64,000 bases of DNA. It comes from Candidatus Omnitrophota bacterium. Lineage in GTDB: Bacteria > Omnitrophota > Gorgyraeia > Zapsychrales > Zapsychraceae. Shown one piece after another: positions 10,247 to 20,621 of this stretch. Below the pieces are notes generated by a model, which ran no database searches, was not told where the DNA came from, and saw nothing but the letters and a program-made list of their open reading frames with translations. A program made the position numbers and the translations under genes. Positions within the stretch are counted from its first letter, which is position 1, and every line of letters starts with the position of its first letter. The stretch lies in assembly GCA_029261055.1 (NCBI GenBank), contig JAJDCA010000038.1:9619-73618 (forward strand), given 5' to 3'.

Positions 10247-10474
10247 TCAATCTTGAATAAAACGAAACCTTGGAAATTCTTTTCCCTCAACAATAACGTT
10301 CTCTGAAAACATAACCCGCGGCCGAACCCAAAGCGAATCTTCCCCAAATTCTGTTTTATACAAAGCCTTATAAACAACCAATTCCTCAACAGTTTCACTA
10401 TGATGCGCCACACCAATCACCTCATACCGTTTTCCTTTGTAATGCTCATATATTCCTTTTTGCATCTCTTCCAT
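10247..10474 (-). CDS. DUF1653 protein
   Basis: GIYEHYKGKRYEV..AHHSET.EELVVYKALY, LWVRP, PRF. Confidence 0.9.
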   Translation of the reverse strand: MEEMQKGIYEHYKGKRYEVIGVAHHSETVEELVVYKALYKTEFGEDSLWVRPRVMFSENVIVEGKEFPRFRFIQD

Positions 10475-10496
10475 AAAGAAATCCTTTGTTCATGCG

Positions 10497-11216
10497 TTAT
10501 AAAAATTTAACAAAACTCATACCCAAGCCGATCAATCCACCAAATACGCCACCCCAGACAACAAGCCAGCCAAGATGTTTGCGGATCATTTCTTGAATAA
10601 TTTCTTTCACCATTTTAGGTGTAAGTTCATTCAGCCGTACATCGACAATTTCTTCAACCTTCTTAACAACTTCGGAACTGAGATGCGATGGAAGAATATT
10701 TTCCTCAAGAGCTTTAAGAAACGCTTCTGTTTTCGTTAAATCATGAACTTTAATTTTGATCTTCTCAATAAACGGTGCCCGCATCGGCTCAAGCGCTTTA
10801 ATCCCACCAAACATACCCAACATGCTGCCAAAATTTGACTTAGCCACCACTTCCAGCAGCCCGTTAAATACTTCATCAAAATTAATGGCACTAATCAAAG
10901 GATCAAAATTCATATGCGCAACGGTTGAATTCTTTTGCCCTTGAAAAAAACGATCCACATTCTCATCTGTAAAAAATTCCGACATGATCAAATGTTTAAT
11001 CCCCGCTTTAAATTCAATAAACCGACTTGGAATCACCCCTGACCCATACAAAAACGGAACCTTCTCAAACAACATATAAATCGCCAACCAATTAGTAACC
11101 GCCCCTGAAAACGCAAAAAACCCAACAGAAAGAATCTGCTCCCTATAAACCGGCGAAAAATACCCCACGATAATCGTGAGAATAGCTATTACGTTCGTAA
11201 TAAGACTTTTATTCAT
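10497..11216 (-). CDS. DUF445 membrane protein
   Basis: SGAVTNWLAIYMLFEKVP; HLGWLVVWGGVFGGLIG. Confidence 0.85.
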   Translation of the reverse strand: MNKSLITNVIAILTIIVGYFSPVYREQILSVGFFAFSGAVTNWLAIYMLFEKVPFLYGSGVIPSRFIEFKAGIKHLIMSEFFTDENVDRFFQGQKNSTVAHMNFDPLISAINFDEVFNGLLEVVAKSNFGSMLGMFGGIKALEPMRAPFIEKIKIKVHDLTKTEAFLKALEENILPSHLSSEVVKKVEEIVDVRLNELTPKMVKEIIQEMIRKHLGWLVVWGGVFGGLIGLGMSFVKFL

Positions 11217-11244
11217 GTGTGTACATCCTTATGTTAGTAGATTT

Positions 11245-11382
11245 TTATTTTTTCACGGACTCTTGAATTTGAAAAACGATAACCCTTTTAGCCGCTGAGG
11301 CTTGAGATTCTTCTAAAACTCCTTCTTGTTGAAGAAAATCATCAAAACTACTTCCGATATGTTTATTTTTTTTAATCATCAT
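11245..11382 (-). pseudogene. Truncated XRE/HigA-type antitoxin (N-terminal half, no HTH), copy 1
   Basis: Hand translation MMIKKNKHIGSSFDDFLQQEGVLEESQASAAKRVIVFQIQESVKK*. Confidence 0.65.
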
Positions 11383-11470
11383 TTTCCCCCTTTAACTTCC
11401 TTCATTCTACTTCTAGCAATATCTAAATTTTCTACCAACGGCATTGCTAATGGCCAGTCAAATTGTAAAA
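11379..11470 (-). pseudogene. Internally deleted RelE/HigB (Gp49-like) toxin relic
   Basis: Hand translation ILQFDWPLAMPLVENLDIARSRMKEVKGGK* joins the 'WPLGMPLV' and 'LDLARKRMKE'-type segments; its stop overlaps the antitoxin ATG. Confidence 0.5.
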
Positions 11471-11785
11471 TCAAGTGGTATGCAATTCGTAATGGACTCC
11501 TTCTTTTTTTTGCAAAAAAGCTAAAATTTCAAACAGATTATTGGCAGTAGGATTACCGCTGTCACTAAACATTCTCATGACACTTTTAGATTCTTTATGT
11601 ATAAATTTTCCTAATTTCTCAAAGCCGATCGTTGCATTAATGTAGTCTCGAAGTAACGCTTTTCCCGTTTTTGTATCCCCTGAAATCATACGTTCAATAC
11701 TCTCTCGAAGCAATCCTTTTCGAAATTCAGGATCTCGAAGCGCGCGAGATTGAATTGTTTCTTTAAACCGACGTGTAATAGCCAT
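11471..11785 (-). CDS. Addiction-module antidote / HTH regulator (orphan antitoxin)
   Basis: LLRDYINATIGFEKL...KSVMRMFSDSGNPTANNLF. Confidence 0.8.
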   Translation of the reverse strand: MAITRRFKETIQSRALRDPEFRKGLLRESIERMISGDTKTGKALLRDYINATIGFEKLGKFIHKESKSVMRMFSDSGNPTANNLFEILAFLQKKEGVHYELHTT

Positions 11786-11836
11786 GCTACCCTCCTAATT
11801 TTTTTTGAATTTTATATTCTACAAGCTTAATCATAA

Positions 11837-11854
11837 AGTAACATATATGTTACT
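11837..11854. promoter_or_regulatory. Perfect palindrome, likely TA operator
   Basis: AGTAACATATATGTTACT upstream of the antitoxin. Confidence 0.6.
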
Positions 11855-11875
11855 AATTGACAAGTTTTTATATTT

Positions 11876-12094
11876 GTAAAGGTTTAGCATTCTGTGTTAT
11901 CTGCGAGCTAAAGCATTGGTTTATTTCACGCAGGAACGCTTGTTCGCCCCTGCGGGCTCACATCACTCGACGAAAGCCCTGCGCATTCCATGCTGAACGC
12001 ATGGAAACCGGCTGCTTGGGCTTTCAACGTCCTGCTTAGAAATAAACCAATACTTTTTAACGCTCTTCGACAACTCAGAATGCTAAACCTTTAC
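11876..12094. repeat. Nested inverted-repeat element (MITE-like or structured RNA)
   Basis: 19-bp perfect terminal IR GTAAAGGTTTAGCATTCTG plus inner IRs. Confidence 0.7.
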
Positions 12095-12448
12095 GCTATT
12101 GAGCCATAGAATGTCTAAAACAATCCTCAGGGGTTTGCCCTTGTTTAACTCCAGCAATCCCCCGAGGTTTGTTGACGGTTAAAGCCACCATAAATACACC
12201 TCGCTAAACATTTACTTATATTCTTTAACAAATCCGACTATTCTAAATACAAAAAATCCCTCTCGAATTTCAATTTACGGGGAAATCAAACATTCTTGAG
12301 GGATTGATACTAGTATCAATTATTTTTCTATTTATGTCAAATTCTTAGAAATTAAATTATTGCATGTGTCTCGGGATTGAGTACTTGAAAAAATTTGTTT
12401 TATTATTTATTGAAAAATAATCGATTGCATACAGTGCCTACTTTTTTC

Positions 12449-12595
12449 TTATTTTTTTTCTTTTTTCATGCCATTTTTAATTTGAAAAACGATAACCTTC
12501 TTGGCCGCTGATGCTTGAGACTCTTCTAAAACACCTTCTTTTTGAAGAAAATCATCAAAATTACTTCCCATATGTTTATTTTTTCTTCTTTTCAA
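12449..12595 (-). pseudogene. Truncated XRE/HigA-type antitoxin, copy 2
   Basis: (TTG)KRRKNKHMGSNFDDFLQKEGVLEESQASAAKKVIVFQIKNGMKKEKK*; near-duplicate of 11245..11382. Confidence 0.6.
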
Positions 12596-13030
12596 CGATT
12601 TCTACACTTTATTAATGCCATAATGTAACAAAAATTACTATGTTCTTGTTACAAACCATGACCTAAAAATAGGAACAATCTCCGAGGTATGCCCAGCTAT
12701 CACCGAATTTACCACATTATACGAAACAAAAGAAGAAACAAACAAAGCAATTACTACGGTAATAATAGAATCTACAAAACGCTTAGGCCAGTCCTTACAA
12801 ATTTCATTACAAATTTTATTAATGCCCCTAGAAACCTTTTTTTTAATTCTTTCAATTTAATACCTCCACAAAAATTGGAAACACAATCTCAAGTAATAAT
12901 ATGTTGACAGCGTAAGAACTAAAGAAAGCAAATGACAAAAAACTATCCTCCTATTCTTTATTTGCTTATCTTCATCCCACTCTTTCTATCAATGCCCCAA
13001 CACACCAATCAAATGACTTTTCTCCTCCAC

Positions 13031-14584
13031 TCACCAATCCACTGGAAAATAGTCTTTGAGGAATTTTCCAGACCAATGTTTGCCGGTTAAAATTCCATCA
13101 AAAAATGGATCGCAGACGCGAGCGGCACCGTCTACTATGTCTAAGGGGGGTTGGAAGTCGTGCATGGTTTGTTTGCGTTCGGCGAGTGTGGCTGGGTCTT
13201 CGTCTGTTACCCATCCTGTATCGACGGCATTCATAAAAATTCCTGACTTTGCCAAATCACTCGCTGAAGTATGCGTTAGCATATTAAGAGCGGCTTTGGC
13301 CATGTTGGTATGGGGATGACGGTCTGTTTTCGTAAAGCGGTGGAACTTGCCTTCCATCGCTGAAACATTAACAATATGCTTTTGACCTGTATTCTCGCGT
13401 TTCATCATATTCGCGAATCGATTACACAAAACAAACGGGGCGATGGCATTGACCAATTGAAGCTCGATCATCTCGGCGGTGGCTATCTCTCCCAAACGTA
13501 ATCGCCAGCTGTTGGTAGCGCGTAAATCGACCTGCTGAAGATCAGAGTCCAACTTACCTTCAGGAAAAACCTGATCAGACTGAATCGCAGCATCATGTAC
13601 GTAAGAAACCTGGCTGAGTTGGGCTGAGGCATTGATACCCACGCCTTTTATTTTTCCACTCCAAGCCGTTGCCAACGCCTGACCAGCCAATTTCGGGGTA
13701 GGCCCCAACACGAGCTGTTCTTTACATTTTTGGAATGATTGCAAAAGCAACTGAGTATTACTGTCGAGCTGATCAAAAGACAATAATTCATTCGTCATCA
13801 AATGCGCATAAAAACCCGGAGGCCGTCGTACAGTCTGCGCCGCATTATTAATAAGGATGTCCAAACGATCATACGTGCTTTCAATATAATTACAAAAAAG
13901 CTCCACACTGGGCGTATGACGAAGGTCCAACCCGTAGACATGCAGACGCTCCTTCCATTGGGTAAAATCCTCTTCTTTAGAATAACGCTGAGCTGCGTCC
14001 ACGGGAAAACGTGTACTAACAATAACACGCGCCCCTGCGCGCAGCATCATCAGCGCCGACTGATAGCCAATTTTAAGACGCGCCCCGGTGATAAAAGCTG
14101 TCTGCCCTTTTAAGGAAGCACTCTGAAACCGTTTGGCATAATTAAACTCGGCACACGTCGGGCACATCGAATCATAAAAAAAATGTAGTTTTGTAAAAAG
14201 TGCCTTACAGACATAACAATTGACGGGTTTGATAAGGTGGGTTTCCTTAGCTTCATTTTCGGAACCGGCATCACCCACCTTTTGAGGTGCAATAAAAACC
14301 GTGGCCTCACGCGCACTGCGAATACCCGTAACCTTACGCGCATTTCTTTGATGTTGATCAATCCGCTTTTTCTTCAGACGTCGACTGTCCCTTTTCCTCT
14401 TGAGCATCTCCTCACGTACAGGCATCGCAAACTTCCCACAAGCCTTCATCAACGCAATCTTTTGCTCCTGAGAAAGATGCCCCATCGTAGCGCTATTGTC
14501 GACAAGGTCATTGAGCGTATCAATAACCGCCTGAATCTCAGTCTCTGTGTATTTTGACTCTGGAATGGGGTGTGAATTAGTCAC
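13031..14584 (-). CDS. SDR family oxidoreductase with N-terminal CxxC...CxxC
   Basis: [27 protein letters not shown]. Confidence 0.85.
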   Translation of the reverse strand: MTNSHPIPESKYTETEIQAVIDTLNDLVDNSATMGHLSQEQKIALMKACGKFAMPVREEMLKRKRDSRRLKKKRIDQHQRNARKVTGIRSAREATVFIAPQKVGDAGSENEAKETHLIKPVNCYVCKALFTKLHFFYDSMCPTCAEFNYAKRFQSASLKGQTAFITGARLKIGYQSALMMLRAGARVIVSTRFPVDAAQRYSKEEDFTQWKERLHVYGLDLRHTPSVELFCNYIESTYDRLDILINNAAQTVRRPPGFYAHLMTNELLSFDQLDSNTQLLLQSFQKCKEQLVLGPTPKLAGQALATAWSGKIKGVGINASAQLSQVSYVHDAAIQSDQVFPEGKLDSDLQQVDLRATNSWRLRLGEIATAEMIELQLVNAIAPFVLCNRFANMMKRENTGQKHIVNVSAMEGKFHRFTKTDRHPHTNMAKAALNMLTHTSASDLAKSGIFMNAVDTGWVTDEDPATLAERKQTMHDFQPPLDIVDGAARVCDPFFDGILTGKHWSGKFLKDYFPVDW

Positions 14585-14620
14585 AAATATCTTTCTTCAA
14601 TCATAGATTGCATTAGTGGG

Positions 14621-14914
14621 TTAAGGATGCGGTGTAATCGCAATAATTGTAATTTCTTTTTTATCCGGGCCGTAATACCAAAAAATACGATAAGCCGCTG
14701 GTGTATTTTGTTCAGCATATGCTTCAAAAACCTTTTTCCCAATAAGCTTCGTTAGGCTGGTAAATTCATGTGTTTGTAAACTTGGATGGCGAGGATTTGT
14801 CTTTAAATAGGACAAAGCCCTTTTTACAGCGCTGTATCTTTTCTTAAGGCCTTTATCTTTTTTTAGCGCATCATACTGCTCTTCAGCTTCATTTGTGTAA
14901 TTAAGCGTAAACAT
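14621..14914 (-). CDS. RelE-superfamily toxin
   Basis: NPRHPSLQTH, AYRIFWYYGP, IIAITPHP. Confidence 0.75.
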   Translation of the reverse strand: MFTLNYTNEAEEQYDALKKDKGLKKRYSAVKRALSYLKTNPRHPSLQTHEFTSLTKLIGKKVFEAYAEQNTPAAYRIFWYYGPDKKEITIIAITPHP

Positions 14915-14919
14915 TAAGT

Positions 14920-15168
14920 CTAATCTTTATCAGGATCAAATGGTTTAATTTTGCCGTTTTCAGCATCTTTCAAGCCCCTAAAAACACTGGCTAAAGCATC
15001 AGGATTTTTATAGAGCCACATTTCCCTCTCAGGAATAGCCTCCATCGGCTCCAACACAATTCTCCCATCTTCTAATTTGGCATCAAACAGTTTGGTTGAA
15101 ATGCCAGTAAGAAGCTTTCCTAATGTTACGCGATTTTGTTTGTCCAATGTAACTAACATATTATTCAC
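14920..15168 (-). CDS. AbrB-like antitoxin
   Basis: TLDKQNRVTLG, GRIVLEP, PEREMWLYKNP; directly upstream of the toxin. Confidence 0.75.
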   Translation of the reverse strand: MNNMLVTLDKQNRVTLGKLLTGISTKLFDAKLEDGRIVLEPMEAIPEREMWLYKNPDALASVFRGLKDAENGKIKPFDPDKD

Positions 15169-15274
15169 CTCACTTTTTTATTTTAACCACAATATAAGTA
15201 TACCCTATTTAGCACCATATTGTCAAATAGGTGAATCACCTATTTGACTATCTGAATAATAGTAAGCTTGAAAA

Positions 15275-17362
15275 TTATTCAAAACAAAACTTTGTCTTAT
15301 ACTCTTTATCTAGGGTAATACGTGCATCAAAAGGTTTGCCAGCTTTTGAGGTGAAGCCTTTGATTAAATCGGATTTCCCATCTTTAAAAATTTTTCTTGC
15401 CTGGGCGTGGGAGATTTTCTTGCCGGCAATGGTCCACCATAAAACAAATGGGCAGCCTTCTCTGTATTGTGCACAATAATACGCTTTACGGCCTTCTAGA
15501 ATTTGGCCTTTTTTGCATTGTGGGCATACGCCAAGACTATCTTTTTTAGAATAACCTGACTGAGACATCCGACTCGTTTGTATGATCGGCACAATCTTTT
15601 TCGTAAACGCTTCAATCTCCTGCATAAAATCTAAACCTTTTAACTTACCGTCTTGAATGGCTGCTAATTTTTGTTCCCATTGCGCGGTCAACTCAGGGCT
15701 TTTTAAATCGCTTACCACGGTATGAACTAACCGAATGCCTTTTTCCGTTGGAATGAGGCTCTTTCCTTTACGAAAGATATACTCCGATTTAAGCAAACGT
15801 TCAATCACGGATGCGCGCGTTGCCTGTGTACCAAGCCCTTGATCTTTCAGTCGGGCCGCCAAAGAACTATCATCCACTTGCCGTCCAATGTAACGCATAG
15901 CGTTTAATAACGTTCCATCTGTGTATAATTTTGGTGGAGCGGTTTCTTTTTCCTGAACATCCAGCGCGTCGATAGGACAGGTCTCTCCTTTTTTAAACTT
16001 GGCTTCCAATAGGGCCTGCACCTCAGGACGAACTGGATAAGGAGCCTGCGGATCCTTTTGATACACACGCCGCCACCCAACCTCAACGGCACGGGCGCCT
16101 TTGCATTTGAAACATTCTCCGTCAATATCCAAAATAACTTCTGTCACCTCTTCCACAAAATCCGGATGAAAAATGGAAATAAATCTTTTTTGAATCAATA
16201 AATACACCTGGCTTAATTTGTCCGAAAGAATACCTTGCTGCTTTTTCCCTGTTGGAATAATGGCATGATGGTCAGTCAATTTTTTATCGTCGATGTAATT
16301 CTTGCCAAGAACGTGCCCAGAAGACAGATACTGCAAAGATTCCTGCGCCAACGGCTGCAGAGCCTCTGGTGCATTTTTAAGAATAGCCGGTAACTGCGGT
16401 CGCATTTTCTCAGACAGATGCCGGGATTCGGTTCGAGGATACGAAATCAACTTATGTTGTTCGTACAAATTTTGCGCCAAATCCAACGTTTCCTTGGCGG
16501 TGTAACCAAATTTGTCATTACATTCCTTCTGCAAGAGCGTTAAATCATACAATGGCAATGGACCGGTTTTCCGTTTTGATTTTTTAATACCGGTAATGAC
16601 TCCGGGCTTGCCGTCCAATTTTTTCTTTAAGGCTTCTGATCTTTCTTTTGCATCAATTTTGTATCCATCTTTGTCTTCCCACCGAAAATCCACCTGACGT
16701 GTTTGGGCATGCAATTCATAATAATAAAATTTCTGAAACCCCTGAATAAGTTCATAACGATTCACAATAAGCGCCAGCGTCGGCGTTTGAACACGCCCTA
16801 CAGTATACAATTGACCATGCCGCACCGAATAGGCCCGCGTGGCATTCAGCCCCACCAACCAATCCGCAAAAGCCCGACACTGCGCCGACGTCCCTAACGG
16901 ATTAAATGATGCCCCCGGATGCAATGAACCCAAACCGTCACGAATACTTTCATCGGTTAAATCAGAAATCCACAGACGTTTAAACGGTTTTTGACACCCG
17001 CAACGTCGATAAATCCAACGAAAAATTAATTCTCCCTCACGCCCGGCATCCGTCGCATTAATAATTTCATCACAGCCATTAAATAATCGACTGATCGTAT
17101 TAAATTGATCAAGACTTTTAGGATAGGTAGCGAGTTGAAAGGCCTCCGGAATCATGGGCAGCTGGGCAAAACTCCATTTTCCACCCCACCGTTCATTCAT
17201 CACCGACGGTTCAGCAATGCCCACCAAATGACCAAAAGCCCAGGTCACCTGATACCCAGCCCCTTCCAGCCATCCATTACGCTTTTGTGATGCGCCCACC
17301 ACCCGCGCAATATCACGCGCCACACTCGGTTTTTCTGCTAATATTACTTTCATAACATGCAA
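15275..17362 (-). CDS. topB: DNA topoisomerase III
   Basis: AEKPSVA, ATDAGREGELI, GRVQTPT, ISYPRT, C-terminal Zn ribbon. Confidence 0.92.
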   Translation of the reverse strand: MHVMKVILAEKPSVARDIARVVGASQKRNGWLEGAGYQVTWAFGHLVGIAEPSVMNERWGGKWSFAQLPMIPEAFQLATYPKSLDQFNTISRLFNGCDEIINATDAGREGELIFRWIYRRCGCQKPFKRLWISDLTDESIRDGLGSLHPGASFNPLGTSAQCRAFADWLVGLNATRAYSVRHGQLYTVGRVQTPTLALIVNRYELIQGFQKFYYYELHAQTRQVDFRWEDKDGYKIDAKERSEALKKKLDGKPGVITGIKKSKRKTGPLPLYDLTLLQKECNDKFGYTAKETLDLAQNLYEQHKLISYPRTESRHLSEKMRPQLPAILKNAPEALQPLAQESLQYLSSGHVLGKNYIDDKKLTDHHAIIPTGKKQQGILSDKLSQVYLLIQKRFISIFHPDFVEEVTEVILDIDGECFKCKGARAVEVGWRRVYQKDPQAPYPVRPEVQALLEAKFKKGETCPIDALDVQEKETAPPKLYTDGTLLNAMRYIGRQVDDSSLAARLKDQGLGTQATRASVIERLLKSEYIFRKGKSLIPTEKGIRLVHTVVSDLKSPELTAQWEQKLAAIQDGKLKGLDFMQEIEAFTKKIVPIIQTSRMSQSGYSKKDSLGVCPQCKKGQILEGRKAYYCAQYREGCPFVLWWTIAGKKISHAQARKIFKDGKSDLIKGFTSKAGKPFDARITLDKEYKTKFCFE

Positions 17363-17368
17363 GATACG

Positions 17369-17610
17369 AAATCGCTTTGAGCAAATATTAACACATTCGG
17401 CTCAGAAGAGGACTCCTTCTGGTCGCCCTCTAATTCGCCGCATGCATTAATATTTGCTTTACGCGATTATGACTCTTAATATATAAACCGTCGGTCAATT
17501 CGTCTTAACAAGAGGTTATGTTGAAGCCTGAAGGCGAATTGGACGCAGCCCCGAAGGGGACCGTCCTCTGAGCCGTAAGGCTTCAACATAACCTCCAATA
17601 GACGAATTGA
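17369..17610. repeat. Pair of related long hairpin elements in inverted orientation
   Basis: AGCAAATATTAA..TTAATATTTGCT and GTCAATTCGTC..GAGGTTATGTTGAAGCC..GGCTTCAACATAACCTC..GACGAATTGAC; shared core CGGCTCAGA...AATTCGCC. Confidence 0.65.
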
Positions 17611-17626
17611 CTGAAAGCCTCCTAAA

Positions 17627-18304
17627 TTACCGCCAAAGTTGCTTTATTTGTTTCTGATACTTGAGCCGAAAAAATTCAAATTCAGGGGTTAACTGATAGA
17701 CCCCTCGAGAAACGCGCTCAAACCAAAATTCAAAATTCCTATTCAAAATGTCTACAGTTTTTTCGATATCCAAATTCTTTTTAATATCTTGCGTCGATGA
17801 TGGCCCATGTTCAAATAAATACATAGCGACACGAATTGCCTTTTCTTTATACGCCGTGAATAATAACTCCCGAGTGCTTCCGCCTCGATTTAAATCAATG
17901 CTCCGTCCTTCAAACTCTTTTAAAGCCATTTTTTTCTTTGCATAATTCTTACGTGCCGTAAACGGTCCAGGTTCAAATTCTACAACAACATTTTTCTTTG
18001 TATGCTGATCTAATGTCATAAGACCACAATGCAAACGCTTCAAGAGGGCACACATTTTTTTGTAAGACTTGGGCCAACGCCCGCCCTTTCCCAAGGGAAC
18101 ATAAGCATACACTTGATCTGTAATTTTGAGACGTTCTATGAGTTGATACACCAATTGAAGATTAAAACTTATTTTCATTTCAACAATCAAGATTTCATCC
18201 CCCTTCTGCGCCATAACATCAATACTTTCCACTTCAGAATGCACAGTATATCCCTTGGCTTTTAAAAATTTCTTAAGCGGTTTGTACATCTCGACTTCTT
18301 TCAT
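17627..18304 (-). CDS. DUF2161 family putative PD-(D/E)XK protein
   Basis: MKEVEMYKPLKKFL..GY.V.SEV..IDV, VEMK, WFERVSRGVYQLT. Confidence 0.85.
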   Translation of the reverse strand: MKEVEMYKPLKKFLKAKGYTVHSEVESIDVMAQKGDEILIVEMKISFNLQLVYQLIERLKITDQVYAYVPLGKGGRWPKSYKKMCALLKRLHCGLMTLDQHTKKNVVVEFEPGPFTARKNYAKKKMALKEFEGRSIDLNRGGSTRELLFTAYKEKAIRVAMYLFEHGPSSTQDIKKNLDIEKTVDILNRNFEFWFERVSRGVYQLTPEFEFFRLKYQKQIKQLWR

Positions 18305-18465
18305 AGCGGCTCAAATATATCACAAATGCTGATAGTTTGTAAAAATATTACCGCCTAACCCATTCACAATCCATCCATAAGAAAATGTTATCGGAAATAA
18401 AATATCAATAACATTGACTATTTCCCTTATTGTTCATAGAATGCGATCTTTAAAATAACTCAAAC

Positions 18466-19152
18466 TTGGAGAACGCAATGAAAATTAAACATTTTATCCT
18501 AAGTCTCATCATCTTATTGGCCCTTACCCCCGCTATTCAGGCCGAGGATGATTTCCAATATTGGTCACAATATTCCTTAAAAATGATTGATACAGAAAAA
18601 ATTGACTGGAGCATTTATACGGAAGGGCGATTTTATAATGATGCCAAGGATGTGGGATTATATTTAGTGAGTCAAAAAATCAAATATGATTTCTTTAAAC
18701 ACCTCAGCCTTGGAACGAATTACACCTACCTGCAGTTTAAAACCAATAATACCGTAGCCAGCCGCTCCGAATTTAAATATCAACACCGGGCGGAGCTTGA
18801 AATTAATCCGCATTGGTCTTTCGGCGACGTTCTTAAATTTGATAGTCGTAATCGCGTAGAATTTCGTTGGATCGAAGATAAAGGCTCTTACAATACCCGC
18901 TCACGGCACCGTCTCAACTTCACCTTCCCTATTAAGAATAAACGGTTCTTAAAAGGCATTTATGCCAATTCAGAATTCTTTTACAATATTGCAGAAAATC
19001 AATATGATGAAAATCGATCTGTCCCCATTGGCCTCAATTTTAAACTCAATGACAAATCATCGCTTAAAACATTTTATATGATCCAGGCTAAAAAAGGGAC
19101 CAACTGGAGTTCTAACCAAATTCTCGGAACACTCCTTTCCCTTAAATTTTAA
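18466..19152 (+). CDS. DUF2490 outer-membrane beta-barrel-like protein
   Basis: Signal peptide, DFQYW, RNRVEFRW, RSRHRL, terminal F. Confidence 0.75.
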   Translation: MENAMKIKHFILSLIILLALTPAIQAEDDFQYWSQYSLKMIDTEKIDWSIYTEGRFYNDAKDVGLYLVSQKIKYDFFKHLSLGTNYTYLQFKTNNTVASRSEFKYQHRAELEINPHWSFGDVLKFDSRNRVEFRWIEDKGSYNTRSRHRLNFTFPIKNKRFLKGIYANSEFFYNIAENQYDENRSVPIGLNFKLNDKSSLKTFYMIQAKKGTNWSSNQILGTLLSLKF

Positions 19153-19202
19153 GTAGCCAAAACTTCCTAACCGTATTAAAATGCGCCCTCGAAAGGACAT
19201 TC

Positions 19203-20621
19203 ATGAAAAAAAATCTAAGCCTTTTTTTAGGGCTACTCATCCCAACTTTAATACTGTTCACCCCACTGGAAAGCATTCCGATCCATGCCATCACCATCGT
19301 TGAACAAAGATTGCTCGCTATATTTGCTTTTGCGATCATTTTCTGGGTCTTTGAACCCATCCCTATTTTTGCAACATCTGTTGCTATTATCTTCCTTGAA
19401 TTAATCCTACTTTCCGACAAAGGGTTAATCTGGTTCCGCAGCGCTGTTGGCACCGAAAATTTTGGAACACTCATTCCGTATAAAGATATTTTTCATACGT
19501 TTTCCTCGCCGATCATATTACTATTTTTAGGAGGATTCTTTCTAGCCGCTGCAGCGACCAAATATCGACTGGATATCAACCTCGCCCGTGTCATGCTAAA
19601 ACCTTTCGGTAAAAAGCCGTCGATGGTAATGCTGGGGGTTATGTTGATCACCGCCGTATTTTCCATGTTTATGAGCAATACAGCGACTACGGCTATGATG
19701 CTCGCCATCCTCGCCCCTGTCTTAGCTGTATTTGATAAAAACGATCCAGCGCGAACAGGTATTGCGCTTTCTGTTCCGTTTGCTGCTAACATCGGAGGAC
19801 TCGGCACCCCTATCGGCACACCGCCGAATGCCGTGGCCATGAAATATTTAACAGACGATATGGCCGTTTCTTTTGGTGGATGGATGGCCTTTGCCGTTCC
19901 TTATGTTATTGTTCTCCTCTTCGCCACCTGGATCATCTTAAATGTATTCTTCCGTGCGGACACCAAAGAAGTTACATTGCAAATCAAAGGGCGCTTTATG
20001 AAAACACCTCAAGCGATTACCGTTTACATAACATTTACCGCCACCATTCTTCTCTGGTTATTCGGCAGCAAAATTGGTTTAAATTCCTACATCGTCGCTA
20101 TGTTTCCCGTAGCCATATTCACAGCCGGCCAAATTATAACCGCCTCCGATATGAAAAAAATGTCCTGGGATGTGCTTTGGTTGGTTTCCGGTGGTATCGC
20201 TCTTGGCGTAGGACTTTCGAAAACAGGCTTGAGCCATCATTTTATTGAAAGCATTCCATTCGGTCAATTTCCGCCGCAAATGATTGTATTTCTAGGCGTA
20301 CTCATTTCTATCCTTATGGCCACGTTTATGTCCAACACAGCCACGGCTAACCTTATTTTACCTATTATTGCCGCGCTTGGAACAACGCTCATAACCCTGG
20401 GAGAACTAGGCGGCGCTAAGATGCTTATTATTGCCTGCACCTTTGGCTGCTCGCTGGCTATGGCCCTTCCGGTCAGTACACCGCCTAACGCGATGGCGTA
20501 TGCCACCGGACTTTTCCGTACAGGCCATATGCTCAAAGCCGGTGTTGTTGTAAATATTCTAGGATTTGTGATGATCTTCATTATGCTATTTGTCATGAAC
20601 CAATTACACCTTTTTGGATAA
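19203..20621 (+). CDS. DASS/SLC13 anion symporter
   Basis: FMSNTAT twice, GTPIGTPPNA, LPVSTPPNA. Confidence 0.9.
   Translation: MKKNLSLFLGLLIPTLILFTPLESIPIHAITIVEQRLLAIFAFAIIFWVFEPIPIFATSVAIIFLELILLSDKGLIWFRSAVGTENFGTLIPYKDIFHTFSSPIILLFLGGFFLAAAATKYRLDINLARVMLKPFGKKPSMVMLGVMLITAVFSMFMSNTATTAMMLAILAPVLAVFDKNDPARTGIALSVPFAANIGGLGTPIGTPPNAVAMKYLTDDMAVSFGGWMAFAVPYVIVLLFATWIILNVFFRADTKEVTLQIKGRFMKTPQAITVYITFTATILLWLFGSKIGLNSYIVAMFPVAIFTAGQIITASDMKKMSWDVLWLVSGGIALGVGLSKTGLSHHFIESIPFGQFPPQMIVFLGVLISILMATFMSNTATANLILPIIAALGTTLITLGELGGAKMLIIACTFGCSLAMALPVSTPPNAMAYATGLFRTGHMLKAGVVVNILGFVMIFIMLFVMNQLHLFG

Noticed and set aside
12689-12907. 72-aa plus-strand ORF and the many short antisense ORFs in the track
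   Set aside because: No motifs; most lie antisense to well-supported genes
15275-17362. topB as a marker of a conjugative element
   Set aside because: No relaxase, T4SS or integrase genes nearby
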